Positions 39,773 through 54,600 of a stretch of 64,000 nucleotides of DNA are shown in pieces (position 1 is the first letter of the stretch; the number at the start of each line of letters is the position of its first letter). The stretch comes from the human T2T-CHM13v2.0 reference genome, Homo sapiens, in the NCBI GenBank assembly GCA_009914755.4, contig CP068257.2, positions 21,856,001-21,920,000 on the forward strand, written 5' to 3'. The translations under genes and the position numbers were made by a program. Below the pieces are notes generated by a model. It did no database searches, was not told the origin of the DNA, and saw nothing but the letters and a program-made list of their open reading frames with translations.

Positions 39773-42636
39773 CTACTATGTGACACATATTAAGTATTGG
39801 TAGCACAAGGATTATAAGAAAGAAGATATCCGTTCTCACCTGGCTTACATTGAAATATATTACATGCAATTTGACTCTACTCAATCAAGTTGGATAAGTA
39901 GTTATTGAGGGTGATACTTAAGATTGTGGTAAGCAGCGACCCATATTTTTGGGGGAAAAACAACACAAGTTCTGGACAGTAAAGATTTAAGACGTGCTAT
40001 CATGCTAAGAAGTATCAAGAACATGAGAGGAGCAATACTATAATAGATACACAATTAAGATGCAGTTACATTTTAAGATAAATGTTTTAAAACAAAAATA
40101 AACATTCTGAAATCCCAAAAGTAAATCAATTATTTTATAGTCAAGTAATATATTCAATTATGTAGCACAAAATGGCTTCATATTATCTGGTCCAAGACTG
40201 TATTAAGGAGATAAATAAAATAATTACATAGAGATTGTGGGTATATTATTATAAATAGAAAATAAGTTCAGACCATGAAAAGGAAGGTACTGGTGATGGA
40301 ACGGGAAAAGCTCAGGTCTGATATTTCATATTGTGAGAGCTCACAATGTTTCTGAAGAGCCCTGTATTATTATGGCCAGTAAATAAAACATTGAGACATA
40401 TTTGTACTCAACACATCTGCCTTTGATCTGAGCAGCATTTCTCAGACACTTCGAGTAGAATAAAATTCACTAATGAGATGATAGTCTAAAGAAGCCATTT
40501 AATCTAAGTTAAGCATCTAAACTCTGACGTGTATGACTGCAATTAATATCTGAAATGCCTGTCAAGGTTATACAGCTCTGCTGCTTTTGCAGCAGAAATA
40601 GCTTACTATTCTTAGAGACCTCAAACCTTCCTCTTCTAGATTGCATGGAAATCTTTCCTCTGGCACTGTGGGTTCTCATTAAGACATGCAGGATATAGAG
40701 TATTCCACTATACCTGTCTTCGTGTCAACCTTTAAAAAAGACCTTAAATAGTCATGCACAGACACACATGCATGTAGAGAAGGGAATCCAGAATGATAAA
40801 AAAAACCCTCAAAGGCACTAAATATGAGAAGGGAAGAGAAAAATAGTCTTATTTTTGATTGAGACAAGAATGATTCAAGGTGTCTGAGTGCTGTCATCTA
40901 ACATAAAAATTTGGAACATGGATTAGCCATATTGTACTTGCTACCTATATAGTTTAGGTCCAATTATTAGAAGTGGCAGAAGGACAGACTTGGCTAAAAT
41001 ATGTATTTTATTAAAAGAGCTCCTCAAAGATAGAGTGGGGAGCTTTAGAGCATAGAGTTCTTGATCATTGAAGAGTGTTGACTCTGTCTTGCCAATTGCA
41101 GCTAGAGTACCCACACTGGGCTAGCCTAGGGGAGCCACAGCTGTCCCTGTATTCCATGGCTGAGCTGCTTTGCAGATGAAAGAAAATTAAGGCATGTAGC
41201 TGTTTAGGAAAAGAAAAACTCAGAAAATGAACTTTTATAAAGTTTAATGTTTAGAAATACACGGGCTAAAATCCATTGCCCATGGAAATTCCTCCACTCC
41301 TTCCCTCTGCACATCGTTTGCCAAATCTTCCTCATAAAGGGATTATGTTTGCTGTCTTTTTCATCCATGGGAGGCTGGATTCATTTCCATGTCCTCATAG
41401 TCTGGGGAAAACAAACAAACAAACAAAAAACGGTGTCCATTAAAGTTGGCTTCTTCTACTCAGGGGCCAGTTAAAGCTTAGGTCTGCACTACATCTGCCG
41501 TTACGTGTCTATAACGTAACATCTAAACTATTTTTAGAAATTCACTTTGTTCCTAGCACGGCAACTTTTTCTCTCTCAGTATCTTATTTTTATTCAGCTT
41601 CTGGTTAACATAAAATAACTCAATTTTATTCATTAGATCCTGAGCCGGTGTCTAATGTGAGGTACAAACACAAGTCAGAGAATGTCTAGGTAGTAATGCA
41701 AGAGAGGAAATTAACTAATTAGATTAATGAACTCTAATTTCCCTTTCAAACCTGGATTCTCTTAAGCCCAATGGCCCAGTACATCATTTGTCCTCAGCTT
41801 CGCCTTGAAAGCAGTGAAGCTGAGTCCTATTTTTTTTTTTCTAGTTACACTTCAATTTTTTGGTCTCTTTTGCTCCCAATATTTTCACCTGTGCAGGTAG
41901 ATGTAGATTTGGTAAGAGCAAGTATTTCTAACACAATTTGACATTTTAGTTAAACAATGTTATGCATGTAACATTATGTTAGGATTAAAAGAAAACATTC
42001 ACTCTTAGAGAAAAAGTAGGTAGTAAAAATTATATGGCCAAATACATCAAAAGGTCAAATAATGTAGGATGACATTCAAAACTAATACATTAAGAATATC
42101 ATGTAAGAAAATTTAGTATTTTTGCAAATATTTTGTCTGAAATGCTATAAAAGTCATAGAGCAATATATTTGGAAATTTTGAAAAATGATTGTTTAATAT
42201 TTGCTTGTATTTTGGTGATTCTATCTTTACTGCTCTCTCATCACAGTCACTCATTCACTCCCAAAATGTCACTCTGACTACAATATTGCTTTTTCAGACA
42301 TAATAACCTACCTTCTATCTGAAAAATATAACAGCCTCTTTCACATTCACATGCAGCTCAGTCCCTTTGCAATATTTAAGACTATTTACCATTATCTTCT
42401 TCTTAAAGTTTTTTTTTTTTCCCCCTCTGGCTTTTGTGATTCTATCTGGTTACACTTTTATGCCTGATCAATCACTTTTGCTACAACTTTCAAATCTAGT
42501 GTCTGCCAACACCATTCATATTTTATAGCATTTTATAAGCCTGTATCTTACCTGTTATCAGATGTTCTTGATTGGCCTGAGATGCATGTTCTTTGCTTTT
42601 TACTGCTCTATCCACCCGAATTATCTTATTTGCTAG

Positions 42637-42942
<306 letters not shown>

Positions 42943-45900
42943 CAAGCACATGATCTTTCACAGTCTGCATTTCCCACAAAGAACAATGACCCTGATTCAT
43001 CCAGTCATTCAGCTTACTCAGGAAACCCATCAAGGGCTTAAGAATCAGAAGTTGTAGATTTAAATTCTAGCCATTTCATTCATACATGTGTCTGGATTTT
43101 AACTACTTGATCAGTCCCTGGCAGGTTTGGTCTCTTAATATGTAACAGAATTAATAATAATTATGCTATAAGATATTTATAAGAATTAGAAAATATAATA
43201 TATGAAAGTGCAAAGAACAGTTTCTCAGACTTAGTAGAAGCCTCTGGATGTCCTTTATTTTGTATATATAAAGGAGGTTACCTGAAAAGATGATTACAAC
43301 TGCTATTATTATTATTGGCATTTTGTTCCATTTAGTTCATCTTAATAATAGTGTAATGAGTGTATTCCCTAAGGAGAAAATATAATTTAACAATTTAATC
43401 TTCAGTTAGGCTATTCTTTCAAAGTAGAGTTAACCCCAAAATAGCATAGTTTGTGAAGGCATTTACATGCCAAGCAGGATTAATTACTCCATGTCTCCAA
43501 TGATATATTATCCGACCTTTACTCAGATGTTGATTCTGTTCTATAATTTGTGGTTTAGATGATGACTCACATGTGAAATTTGTAACAAAGACCACACAGT
43601 AAACTTTATCCATAATTATGTCTTCTCTACCCAACATGAATTTTCACCTTTGTTGAAGCTTTCCAAACTATATCTCATATTGGCAACTTAATTGATCCCA
43701 AAATAACAAAAAATATTACCTAGATATACAGAAGGGTAATTTATGTGTTTTATTTGTTTACTTTGGAATTTGAGATATTTTATAATTCACATGAAGCTTG
43801 ATTAAGTTGTTAAAAGTGCAGATGCTTCTACCATTGCTGACTTCCAAGTTACCTGGAGAACATTCGAGTATCTTTGTTCTTTTCTCAATGGCCACCAGCC
43901 ATGTTACACAATATAAATGTGTGAATAGGAGTTAAAAATATGGATATCTACCTTTAATCTCCAATGTTGGAGGTGAGGTAAAGGGGAAGATAAAATACTA
44001 GACAGCCAATGGTTCTTACAGGGGCTTAGGTGAGTAATATGGTCCTAGGAAGGTTTGGGTAGGAAGGATAGAAGAAACACAGACTATGAGGCAAAACCTA
44101 GAAAGAAAATAGGCTGTGACTAGAAAAAAATGAAGAAGGAGAATCTTGCCATTCACTAGCTATTCACAAGTCTCCTAGCCTTTAGCTCAGCCACGACTAG
44201 TTCTATTGGAATAATAGCCCCTTGCAAAAATCTCTGTATTTTTGAAGATTATCCATCTTTTCTATAACCTTTCAGTGCCTCTGCAGAGAAATCCAACTCT
44301 CTCTTATATTGTTTACTATACATGTGCTTCCATCAGTAGTCATAAAATTATGTTTAAGATTTGTTATCAAAGCCTTAAAGCTATTTGAGGGGATCTCAAC
44401 AATTTGAATAATATTCTTAATGACTAAAATAAAAAATTCCAAAGCCCTATTTACAAGCCAACACCTGCTCTCTATAGTATTTCTATACAGTAAAAGTCAT
44501 TAAATTCAAAAAGATAGGCACATTAAACTTAATAAGAGATAAATCTTAGTCTCTGGGTGAATCTTTGACTTAAACTTTAGCAGCATTCTTACCAATTGAT
44601 GATATTAAGTGCTTTGTAAGTTTAAATGATTTTAATCCGGAAATCATTGTGTTGCTTTCTTTGCTTTCTCTATGTCTGCTACACAGAAATATCTGGTCTG
44701 CTGTAATTCACTCTGGAGTAATGCCACTGCGACCTGCTGATAATGGCTGGTTGCACAACAGTTGATCCAGAAGGACCTTGGCCAGGATGATTTGGCAGTG
44801 GAGCCAAAAGGAGTGCCACAAATATTGTTGCAGAAGTGATACCAGATTTGGAATAAAATATTCCCTCCCCACAAATGTTTCTCAGATGATGTTGTATCAT
44901 CTTATTTTATCAGACTCATCTCTGTTGTATCAGACTCATTGTATCAACACAATTGTAGATTCACTCTCAACATTCATTTCAGGCAAACTAGTTTTCTTAG
45001 AGTGTCTCCAGAGTTAACAAAGATTGTAAAGCAATGGAAGCCAATCAAGTCACAATAAAGAACCCCATTCTGATCTGTTTGTTTATGTATTAAAGAGAAT
45101 AGCATCCTCAGAATCATTTTTCATTTGTGTATAGCCATACAATCTCAGAATCAATAAAAATTTTTGCACATATATGCAAATATAAACTTAATTCATGTTG
45201 GTAATTTTAAATATTGAAATAGTAGCCTTGTATACTATTTTTTAGGCGTGGTCTTGTGGTTTTTGGTTGTTAGTGTTGTTTTCTCATTTGAATGCAGACT
45301 TTTTGTGGTTGTATTCCCCAATTTATTCTTTTCTCACTTAATGGTAAGAAGTGGGGTTTTGTGGTGATTATAATTTTTTAACTATTAATACAAGTCTATA
45401 TAAAATAACTGGAAGAGCACATGAATAAGTGACCAAGGAATAGTCAAGTATGGTAGATACATTATTTTCTCTAATTAGTATTTGTTTTAAAATCAAGAGT
45501 TTTCTGAAAGTTGTTTTTGTGTTTTGAATAAAATAATAGAATAACATTTGAGCTCTATTTCTCTGCTCTGAAGCCTGTAAGAGCCATTTACTTCATGACT
45601 GAGTTTTTCACTACATAGGTATATCTCAGTATTTCTATTAAAAAGGACCGTAGTACAGGTAATATAATGTCATGACTCAAGAAATCTGGTATTTCATTTC
45701 TCAAAGTATTCCAAAAAAGATAGCTAGTTGGATAAGTGACAGACAGATTGATACATAGATACAAAGATAAATAGATAAGTCGATTGAATAAAACAAAGGA
45801 ACATTTTAAAGAGTTTATTTGAGCAAACAGAATTTCATGAGTTGGTAAACACCAACCAAAAGGGGTTTTGGATTCTGATGAGGAAGCTCATTGGACAGGC

Positions 45901-47099
45901 TTTTATAAAGTGAGTGTTTTTGATTAGTTGAGCTTTGCAGTTCAAGTAAGATTAAGGTTAATTTCAAGACCTAATTGGCTTTGTCTGCTCAAGGATTTTT
46001 CAGGCCTGGTCTCCATTTCAATTTACCTTGAGAGAAAGATAGAGACAGAGAAAGAAAGAGATAGAGAGAGAATATGTGCATACATAATATACATGAATAT
46101 TATATAAATCTGTGTAACATAGGAGAGAGGTCAGCAAATTTAATCTACAAAGTTAAAGAAAGTAAACATTTAGGCTTTGCATACCAAATGGTCTTTGTCA
46201 TCTCTACTCAACCCTGCCAAAGTAGCACAAAAGCAGCCAGGGACAATATGTAAATGAATGTACATTGCCAACCTGTAATATAGAATATAGGCTTCACATA
46301 TAAAATGTAATGAATCTTTAATTATGTAAATGTGATAAAATATATGTCACTTAAATCATATTTATAAATGAATGTGCATGCATTTTACTAAAATAATATA
46401 ATAAGGTTATATAAATGAATACCAATATGAGTTGGTATTTTCAGTCAAGCAAATTTAAATCTTGCATTGATTCATCAGATTTTTTTTTACTTCTAAAATT
46501 CTGTGTTATTTATTCATATATAACACTATGTGGTTAACATTAGTGGATATGTAGGATATCGTAATCTTATTCTAGCAGGGCACAGTCCTGCTAAAGATGA
46601 ATTCAGTTTACATTGTTTAAATACTACACATCTGAATCTTCAAAACTAAAATTCTGTGAGAACAGGGATTTCAATTTTCTTTTGACATCACAATAGAAAC
46701 AACAAAATAATGACTTTATGCATAGAGTTGAATAAATTTACCAAGTAGAACCGTTTTCTTCTCTAACCAAGCACCAGTTGGTCAACATCTCAGATCCTGC
46801 AACCTTGGACTGGCTGGTCTGCAATGGTGTTTTGGGTTGTTTTGTTTATTTATTTATTTTTCTGTTTTCCTTTTGTGTAAGATAAAGCACTGCACTATAC
46901 ACAGATATAAAGGTAATATCACATAAAATATCTACCAGCTTTAGTAGCTGGGGGGAATTATTACCTCTATGTCCAAAACAAGGATGAGCACAGAGGCAAT
47001 GAAAAACAAACCAGAAATAGGTGTGTTAGGGCTTTTAATCAGGTTTAACGAGAGGTCATAATTTATCCAATTATGAAGGTTTGTATTTTATTTGCTTGC

Positions 47100-47263
47100 T
47101 GAGATGTTTAAAATTCTTAGAATCTGATAGGAACAATAGAGACTGGGGACTGCTTTAGAGGGGAGGGTAGGAAGGGGGCATGGGTTGGAAGGCTATATAT
47201 GGAGTACTATGCTCATTATCTGGGTAAGCATTGTACCTCAAGCCTCAACAAAACACAATTTAT
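47100..47263 (+). mobile_element. Probable old L1 3'-UTR fragment, split by the Alu at 47264
   Basis: '...gactggggactgctttagaggggagggtaggaagggggcatgggttggaaggctatatatggagtactatgctcattatctgggtaagcattgtacctcaagcctcaacaaaacacaatttat' resembles an L1 3' UTR. The L1 3' terminus resumes after the Alu at 47571-47625: 'tttactcacataacaaacctgcatatgtatccctggaatctaaaataaaaat'. Confidence 0.45.
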
Positions 47264-47570
47264 GGCCGGGCGTGGTGGCTCATGCCTGTAATCCCAGCAC
47301 ATTGGGAGGCCGAGCCGAGCAGATCACCTGAGATCAGGAGTTGGAGACCAGCGTGGCCAACATGGTGAAACCCCGTCTCTACTAAAAATACAAAAATTAG
47401 CAGGGCGTGGTGGCGTGCGCCTGTAATTCCAGCTACTCGGGAGGCTGAGGCAAGAGAATCGCTTGAACCTGGGAGGCGGAGCTTGCAGTGAGCGGAGATT
47501 GCAATGCACCATTGCACTCCAGCCTGAGGGGCAAGAGTGAGACTTTGTCTCAAAAAAGAAAAAAAAAAAA
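47264..47570 (+). mobile_element. Alu inserted into an L1 3' end
   Basis: 'ggccgggcgtggtggctcatgcctgtaatcccagcacattgggaggccgagccgagcagatcacctgagatcaggagttggagaccagcgtggccaacatggtgaaaccccgtctctactaaaaatacaaaaattagcagggcgtggtggcgtgcgcctgtaattccagctactcgggaggctgaggcaagagaatcgcttgaacctgggaggcggagcttgcagtgagcggagattgcaatgcaccattgcactccagcctgaggggcaagagtgagactttgtctcaaaaaagaaaaaaaaaaaa'. Confidence 0.9.
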
Positions 47571-50177
47571 TTTACTCACATAACAAACCTGCATATGTAT
47601 CCCTGGAATCTAAAATAAAAATAGAAAAGAAAGAGGACATTAAAAAATAAAATATATTTAAATGTTTGAATTTGCCTATATAACTTCTGTTTACAAAATA
47701 TTAATGTGCTACATTAATAAATTATATTTTAGTGGTATAAACAGTCTGTTAGTGGAAATCTTGGTTGTATAGCATTTAAATAAGGTTATTTTAATGAAGT
47801 CCAAAGATAAGTAAATTTAAAAATGTCCAAATTTCTTTTTCATTCTAATGAGCTGTCTGGAATCTGTCAACATTCTGAACTGTAAATGTATGTAGAAGTT
47901 CAATACTGAAAAAAGAGCTTAAAGCATAAATCTATAATTTATAAAATGTATGGAGGAGAAAACCTCCCTTCAAAAAAAATGAATGATTCTCTCTAATCAT
48001 TAATGACATGGCAGCATTGCCAATGCAAGAATTATATTTTCTGTTTTCTATTTAATTTAACTAATTCTTCTAACATTTGGAAACTACTGTGGTATTTAAT
48101 ATAAATATAATATTCAAAACACTTTTTTAAAGTTTCAAAAATAAGAATTATCATCTGTCAGGTATAGCCTACAATTCAACTGAACGCTTTTTACTTTGCT
48201 GGCAATGATGAGTTCCCTTGTGTTAGCTTATGAAAGAAAAAGTAGCTTTTATTGGAACTTTCTCGATATTCTCTTCTTGACCACTAAATTTTTTTTTTTA
48301 ATTTGCCTCTAAAAGTTAGCTACTAGAAAGGGCCAAGTGCCTTTTGACAAATTAAGAATATAGGAAGATATTAAATCTTAATCCTGTAAAAAAATGATGC
48401 AGTTAGAAGATGAATTTTTCATTTTTTAAACAACTATGCAAACTTGACTTATTACTCATAGTGCTAGACCTAATATTTTTCATAATTACAATGGAGAAGA
48501 ATAACATCTACCATGGGGTATTATAAATTTTAAATAAAACTTAAATTCTGAAAGAACTTTGAAGTTAAAAAATGTTACAGCGATGTAATATTACATTCTG
48601 TGCCCTCATCAAAGATAAACATTTAAAATTACAAATAATTGAAAATGTCACCCAGGCATATTTTCATAAAATAAAGTTTCATTTCTCACTCAACTACAAA
48701 AATCTTCTCTTAAAAGAAGTTCTTACAAAAGATGTTGCTATATATGAGAGCCCACTGAATTAATTAGTGAAGTTTTGACTTATAGTTTTGAAATGTGTCT
48801 GCTATATTTCCCAGGGTATGATAATAGTAATAATTGTCTGGATCATGAATATTAATATATACAGAATTTATTTTAAAATAATTTAAACTTAAATGTCAAT
48901 TGTGTGTTAGAAAAATGGATTATTCCTTAGCACTTCTTTCTTAAATTACATTATTTAAGTTTGTTAAAACTATATTATCTGATTAAACAGGTGACGGAAT
49001 CGACCTTAGGAGAGTAAATAGTAGAGTGATGTGTATATTTTCTTTCTTTCATATGCCCATAAATCTCAGTAAATCCAAAAGCTCTTGAATAAATGATCAC
49101 AAAATAATACCAAGATGATGTATAATGCAGTTCTTGATGTATTTTACATTTTAAGAAGACAATCTATGGTTCATATCTTAGCTTTATATACATTCCAGGC
49201 AGTTTATATAAGATGCTGAATATTCTCATTTTATTTTTCTTGTCTCTCCACTTAATCCATTACAGAAAACATGCACTGGCATCTTTGGAGGTGTGTGATC
49301 GTTAGGAGTAATCTAAGGACTAACACTAACATCTGTCAGCTTTTCTGCTGTCTGTAGCCTGAAAGCAACAACACATGCCCTGGTGTCCCAGAGGGTCTCC
49401 AAAACAGGCTTGAGTGTCTTATGAACAGTTGGTGCTTCATTTCGAGTTTACTTTCCAAGTTCAGAATCTTTATTAGAAAAAGAAAAAAAAAAAAGAGGCC
49501 TAAGCTAACAGATGTTCAATTAAGTGGAAAAAAAATAGATAACAGATATACCCATGAATCCCAAAGGATATTTATCAGAAAACAAACTAAATATTTTTGT
49601 CTCTATATTATTCCTTTTTAATGTAATATTCCAGTCAAATATTAATGTTTTAGTCAAAATTGCACAGAAAACTCTTTTTGCCATGATAAAATGTAATAAT
49701 CTAAAGATGTTAAATTTTAAATAAGTTTTGGAGAATATAATTACAAGAAGTCACATATTTTATGCTTAATTTACTACAGAAAAGTTGCTGCATATGTTTA
49801 ATTTCTCTGACATTTATGTAACGTTTTATTAGTCTACCAATAATGGTCAGAAATTGTTATTATATTTATCCTCTCTTCTCCAAAGTGCTCATAAAAAAAA
49901 TCATGTTTTCATGAAGCTTCCCAAAAAACACTTCCTCTTTTGCAATTCCACAGCACTACTTCCAAGGTTGTGTTCGAAATTGACACCCTGTCTCTCCACC
50001 CAAATATTCTCTTTTCAGGTAATTTGTGAGGTGCCCTACATTATATTTCCTTTTGAAGATTGACAATAAAGTTTGAGTCATTAAACTCTGAAATGAAATT
50101 CAGAAAAAAAATTGTGTTTTAAAAAGTTTTTAAATTTTATTTTATCTTAATGTAGTTTATTTTAGTTTAGAGTTTAG

Positions 50178-50487
<310 letters not shown>

Positions 50488-51000
50488 CGTTTTTAAAATG
50501 TTACTGTTTTCAGTACAGTGAATATTTTTGTTTAACTTTAGAAATATGTATATGTTATCCACCAAACCACGCTGTGAATTTCCTTTGGTTATTTTATTGT
50601 TTCTTAGAAGCATAATAAGTGTTCAATAAGTATGCTGATCTGGTTTGATCCAGTGAAATTACTTTTATCAAAATATGAGCTGTAAAAAAGGTGTAGATAA
50701 TTTTTACTAAAAACACTGAAGAGGCTACAAGTAAGAAAACAGTCAAGGCTCAACAACTTAAAAATTTATGATATTATTTTCAATATAATGAAGTTACAAT
50801 GATTGATGTATCTAACACCACCAATCTTAAAAAATAAAGCATTAAAAAATATGCTTCCTTTTATAATGGGATTTTCTCCAGAAGGTATCACTATCCTAGA
50901 TTTTTATTAATGATTCTCATGTATTAATTTAAATTCTAATTTCATATTTATATATCTATCAACAAACTGTAGGGTCTCACTAGATGTTTTAACACCATAT

Positions 51001-51050
51001 GTATATATATATATATATGTGTGTGTATATATATATATATAAATGCTACT
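51001..51050. repeat. (TA)n(TG)n(TA)n compound microsatellite
   Basis: 'gtatatatatatatatatgtgtgtgtatatatatatatataaatg'. Confidence 0.9.
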
Positions 51051-51058
51051 ATCCTGTT

Positions 51059-51412
51059 ATTATGGTTAGGTTTTGTGTCCCCACCCAAATCTCGTCTTGA
51101 ATAGTAATCTCCATAATCCCCATAACCCCTACCTTCAAGGGAGAGACCAGGTGGAGGTGATAGAATCGTGGCTGCGGTCTCCCCCATGCTGATCTTGTGA
51201 TAATGAGTGAGTTATCAGGGAATTTGATGGTTTTACAAGGAGATCTTCATCCTTCACTTGGCACTTCTCCTTTCTGCCTTCTTGTGAAGCAGGTGCATTG
51301 CTTCCCCTTGGCCTTCTGCCATGATTATCAGTTTCCTGAGGCCTCCCCAGCCACGCTGAACTGTGGGTCAATTAAACCTCTTTCCTTTATAAATTATCCA
51401 GTCTCAGGCAGT
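51059..51412 (+). mobile_element. ERVL-MaLR solo LTR (THE1/MST-class); its 3' end is disrupted by the microsatellite
   Basis: 'tatggttaggttttgtgtccccacccaaatctcgtcttgaatagtaatctccataatccccat...gtgaagcaggtgcattgcttccccttggccttctgccatgattatcagtttcctgaggcctccccagccacgctgaactgtgggtcaattaaacctctttcctttataaattatccagtctcaggcagttct'. The LTR terminus 'tttctttatagcaat...' resumes at about 51612 after the repeat. Confidence 0.7.
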
Positions 51413-51437
51413 TCTTTCTTTTTCTTTCTTTCTTTCT

Positions 51438-51493
<56 letters not shown>

Positions 51494-51622
51494 TCCTTCT
51501 TTCTTTCTTTCCTTCTTTCTTTCCTTCCTTCCTTCCTTCCTTCCTTCCTTCCTTCCTTCCTTCCTTCCTTCCTTCCTTCCTTCTTTCCTTCTTTCTTTCT
51601 CTCTTCCTTTCTTTCTTTCTTT
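51413..51622. repeat. (TTTC)n/(TTCC)n tetranucleotide microsatellite, about 210 bp
   Basis: Long runs of 'ctttctttctttc...' switch to 'ccttccttccttcc...' and back. The tract is homopyrimidine on the + strand. It accounts for ORFs 51197-51730(+) and 51394-51708(-), whose 'FLSF...' and 'KERKKE...' translations are low-complexity artefacts. Confidence 0.95.
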
Positions 51623-54600
51623 ATAGCAATATGCAAATCAGGTAACATACCTGTTCTCAATAATACTGTGCACATTGTGTCCTCAGTTTCCACAATGTAC
51701 ACATTCAATCTTTTGCTATTAGATATTTAAATTACTTCTAATTTTTGGCTATTACAAGCATTACATCTGATAATACTCCTGAACTGGTATCCATGAGCAT
51801 GCATGAACCTTTCACTAGAGTATATATTTGGTAGCAGAATTGCTATATCATATTTTAGGCATGTCTTCATAATTGAATGAGTGTTGCAAAATAATATCAA
51901 TACATATTAATAACAAGAATAAATAAGACATTCTAATATTCTCAATCTTTATGCTATTTGATATTGTCAGATTCTAAAATCTTTGCTCATCTGAAGTTTG
52001 TAAAATGATATCCATTTGTAGTTTTATTTTGCATTTTCCTATTTGGCAGTTGATCATTATTTTATATATTCATTTGTAACTAAGTTTCCTATTTTGTTAA
52101 TTGTCTTTTCAAAACTATTTCCTCTGTTGGAGAGGAACTCCACAGGAGGGATTTGAGAATTTTTGTCTTTGTCTAGTTGATCTATAAGAGGGTGTGTATT
52201 TGTGTGTGTGCATCATGGGGTTTTTTATTACTTCAAATAGCAGAAATGTGGTTTTCTTTAATAGTAGGGAATTGATATTGCTTTTATAGAAATTATGAGA
52301 TAGCTTTATTTTTTCCTAGATAATTGTCTAAGCAATATTGATGGATAAATCTTTACCCTTATGTTTGTCATAAATTGATGTTTTGTAAATAATTACAATT
52401 CTGTTTCTCAGCTGCTTTGTTCCAATATTCTATTTTTCATTCTGTACCTATACTACATGGCTTAACTTAATTAACTAAGATTTATAGAGGTATCTGGTAC
52501 ACCATTATCCCTGACCTCTTGTTATTTTTCTTCCTCCTCTCCTCTGCTCTCTTTCCTGCTTTCATTAATGCTCATTTGTGCATCCTGCATGCTCCACAAT
52601 ATACATGTTCAGTCTCTTCCTTTTGGACATTTGAGTTGTTCTGAATTTTTGGCTATGACAAACAGTGAATATTAAAATATTCTTAGACATGTCTCTAAGA
52701 CACGTTGTTGCTGTCCTGATGTTCTTCACCTTGTCAATTCTTCCTCTTCTTCTCACTCATTCTTCTCCTCTTTCTTCCAAAGCTCTTTCTACTACTTCTT
52801 TCTCTTTCCATTTCAAAAGTTTGCTAAATATTTTGTGGCAAATAACATTTTACAATTAAAAAATAATCAATGCAGTCAAATTTCATACACAGCCCTAATG
52901 CATTTGTGAATAATATTCTATTAACTTATGGTTAGTTTTGGAAGAAATATTATATTGAGCCCTCTATGAATGAATCCAGTGAACATTTTCGTATATTTTG
53001 ATATTTAATTTTATTTAAGTCTGTGTCTTTTTACTTAATTTTATTTTTTCTTCAGTAGGTCTTGTACATATTTTTTATCTTCTGGAATTTGGTCAACATT
53101 AGTAAAGAATTTATTCATTTAAGAAGACTGGGAATTAATAGTACTAGAACCATACATGTATATAGTTTAGACAGCAATTTTTAATTGTGACATTGAAATT
53201 ATCACTTTACATCATCATCATAGTTTTGTCCACGTGATCTAGAAACTACCTAAGGAGATTGCTTAAAACTACTAGAGTGATTTTGGATAATTCAATCTGT
53301 ACTTCACATTTGAGTTATATGTTTTATGTAATTGGAGCTATACAAATTTATTATTTACATTTAGAATTTTTTAATTTTTTAATTGATAAATTAGGCCTTG
53401 TAGTGTGCAACCTCTTTATATCTACTGATATATTTGGCCTTAGCATCAATTTTTCTGGTATTAATTTGAATCAGCTTACCTGTGTTAATGTTTGCATGAT
53501 GTAAATTAATTTTTAACTTATTTAAAAACTCCGGGTTTTACATTTTAGGCACTTCTTTTGTAAATTACATAATCATGACTTTTAAAAATGCAAACAAAAA
53601 GTATTTTTAATTAATTGACAAGTTTTATTCTTGTGCATTTTTGTGATGGCTGGCATGTTTAAATTCTGTTTTTTCATATTATTTGCACAATATTTATGTA
53701 TTTATCACTCTTTTTTCTAAATGTATTTTAAATTTATAATTCATTTTTAATAATATAGATTCTCAGAATGTTTTTGTGCAAAAGACAAAAGGGAAAGACC
53801 TTCATTGTTGCACTTCAAAATAATCCAAACTTGGATTATATTTTGTTCATTTCAGAATATAAATATAAATTTAAAGTTAAAACTCTTCCTCTTTAATTAT
53901 GCCTAGAAAAATAATAGTGTTTATTGACCATTCCTGAACACCTCCTTTCTCCAGTTTTTATTCCTCTAACAGTATTTGTTTACATCTTGCTGGAAGCAAT
54001 ATGGCTGAACATATCTTGCCTTTCAGTAAATAGAATTTAATTTGTGGGTATGTGATTTAGAACTAGAATAAAAGGTACATACAATGTTTAATTAAGTACA
54101 TTTTAGAAGAGATAAACTAATGTAGGTTAAACTAACTACAATACAAACATAGAAGTTAATCTTATCCATATTTTCACATTCTAGAAAGTTATGCATCTTT
54201 TTTTCTCAATTAAAAAGATTATCATGGGTTAAAAATTTGTCATAAAATTCTTTAAAGGGTAGGATAAAAATGAAAAAAACTCTCACTGGAAATCTGTATT
54301 TGCATAATTACTGTAAAATACCAATTTTACACACAAACAAACAGAAGCCAAAAATGCTTCGAAATCTCATTTGAATAATACATGCATATGTATTGGTTCT
54401 GCATGGCTAAGCCAACAGTTGCATCAGTGAAAATATTTACCTTTTAATGTCAACACTAGAAATAACAATTATCAATATGAAAGAGAAGGCCCTAGTATAA
54501 AATACATACTATCATCAAACAAATCTAATTTCTTATTTTGTTATGAAGTAAAATAATACATTTGTTATGCATTTCTAAAGCAAAAAATTACATAAGTATC

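Noticed and set aside
51197-51730. 177-aa ORF (+), the longest in the track, and the overlapping 104-aa ORF on the minus strand
   Set aside because: Both are translations of the (TTTC/TTCC)n microsatellite ('FLSFFLSFF...' and 'KERKKERKKE...') plus flanking MaLR LTR. They are low complexity with no start context and are not genes.
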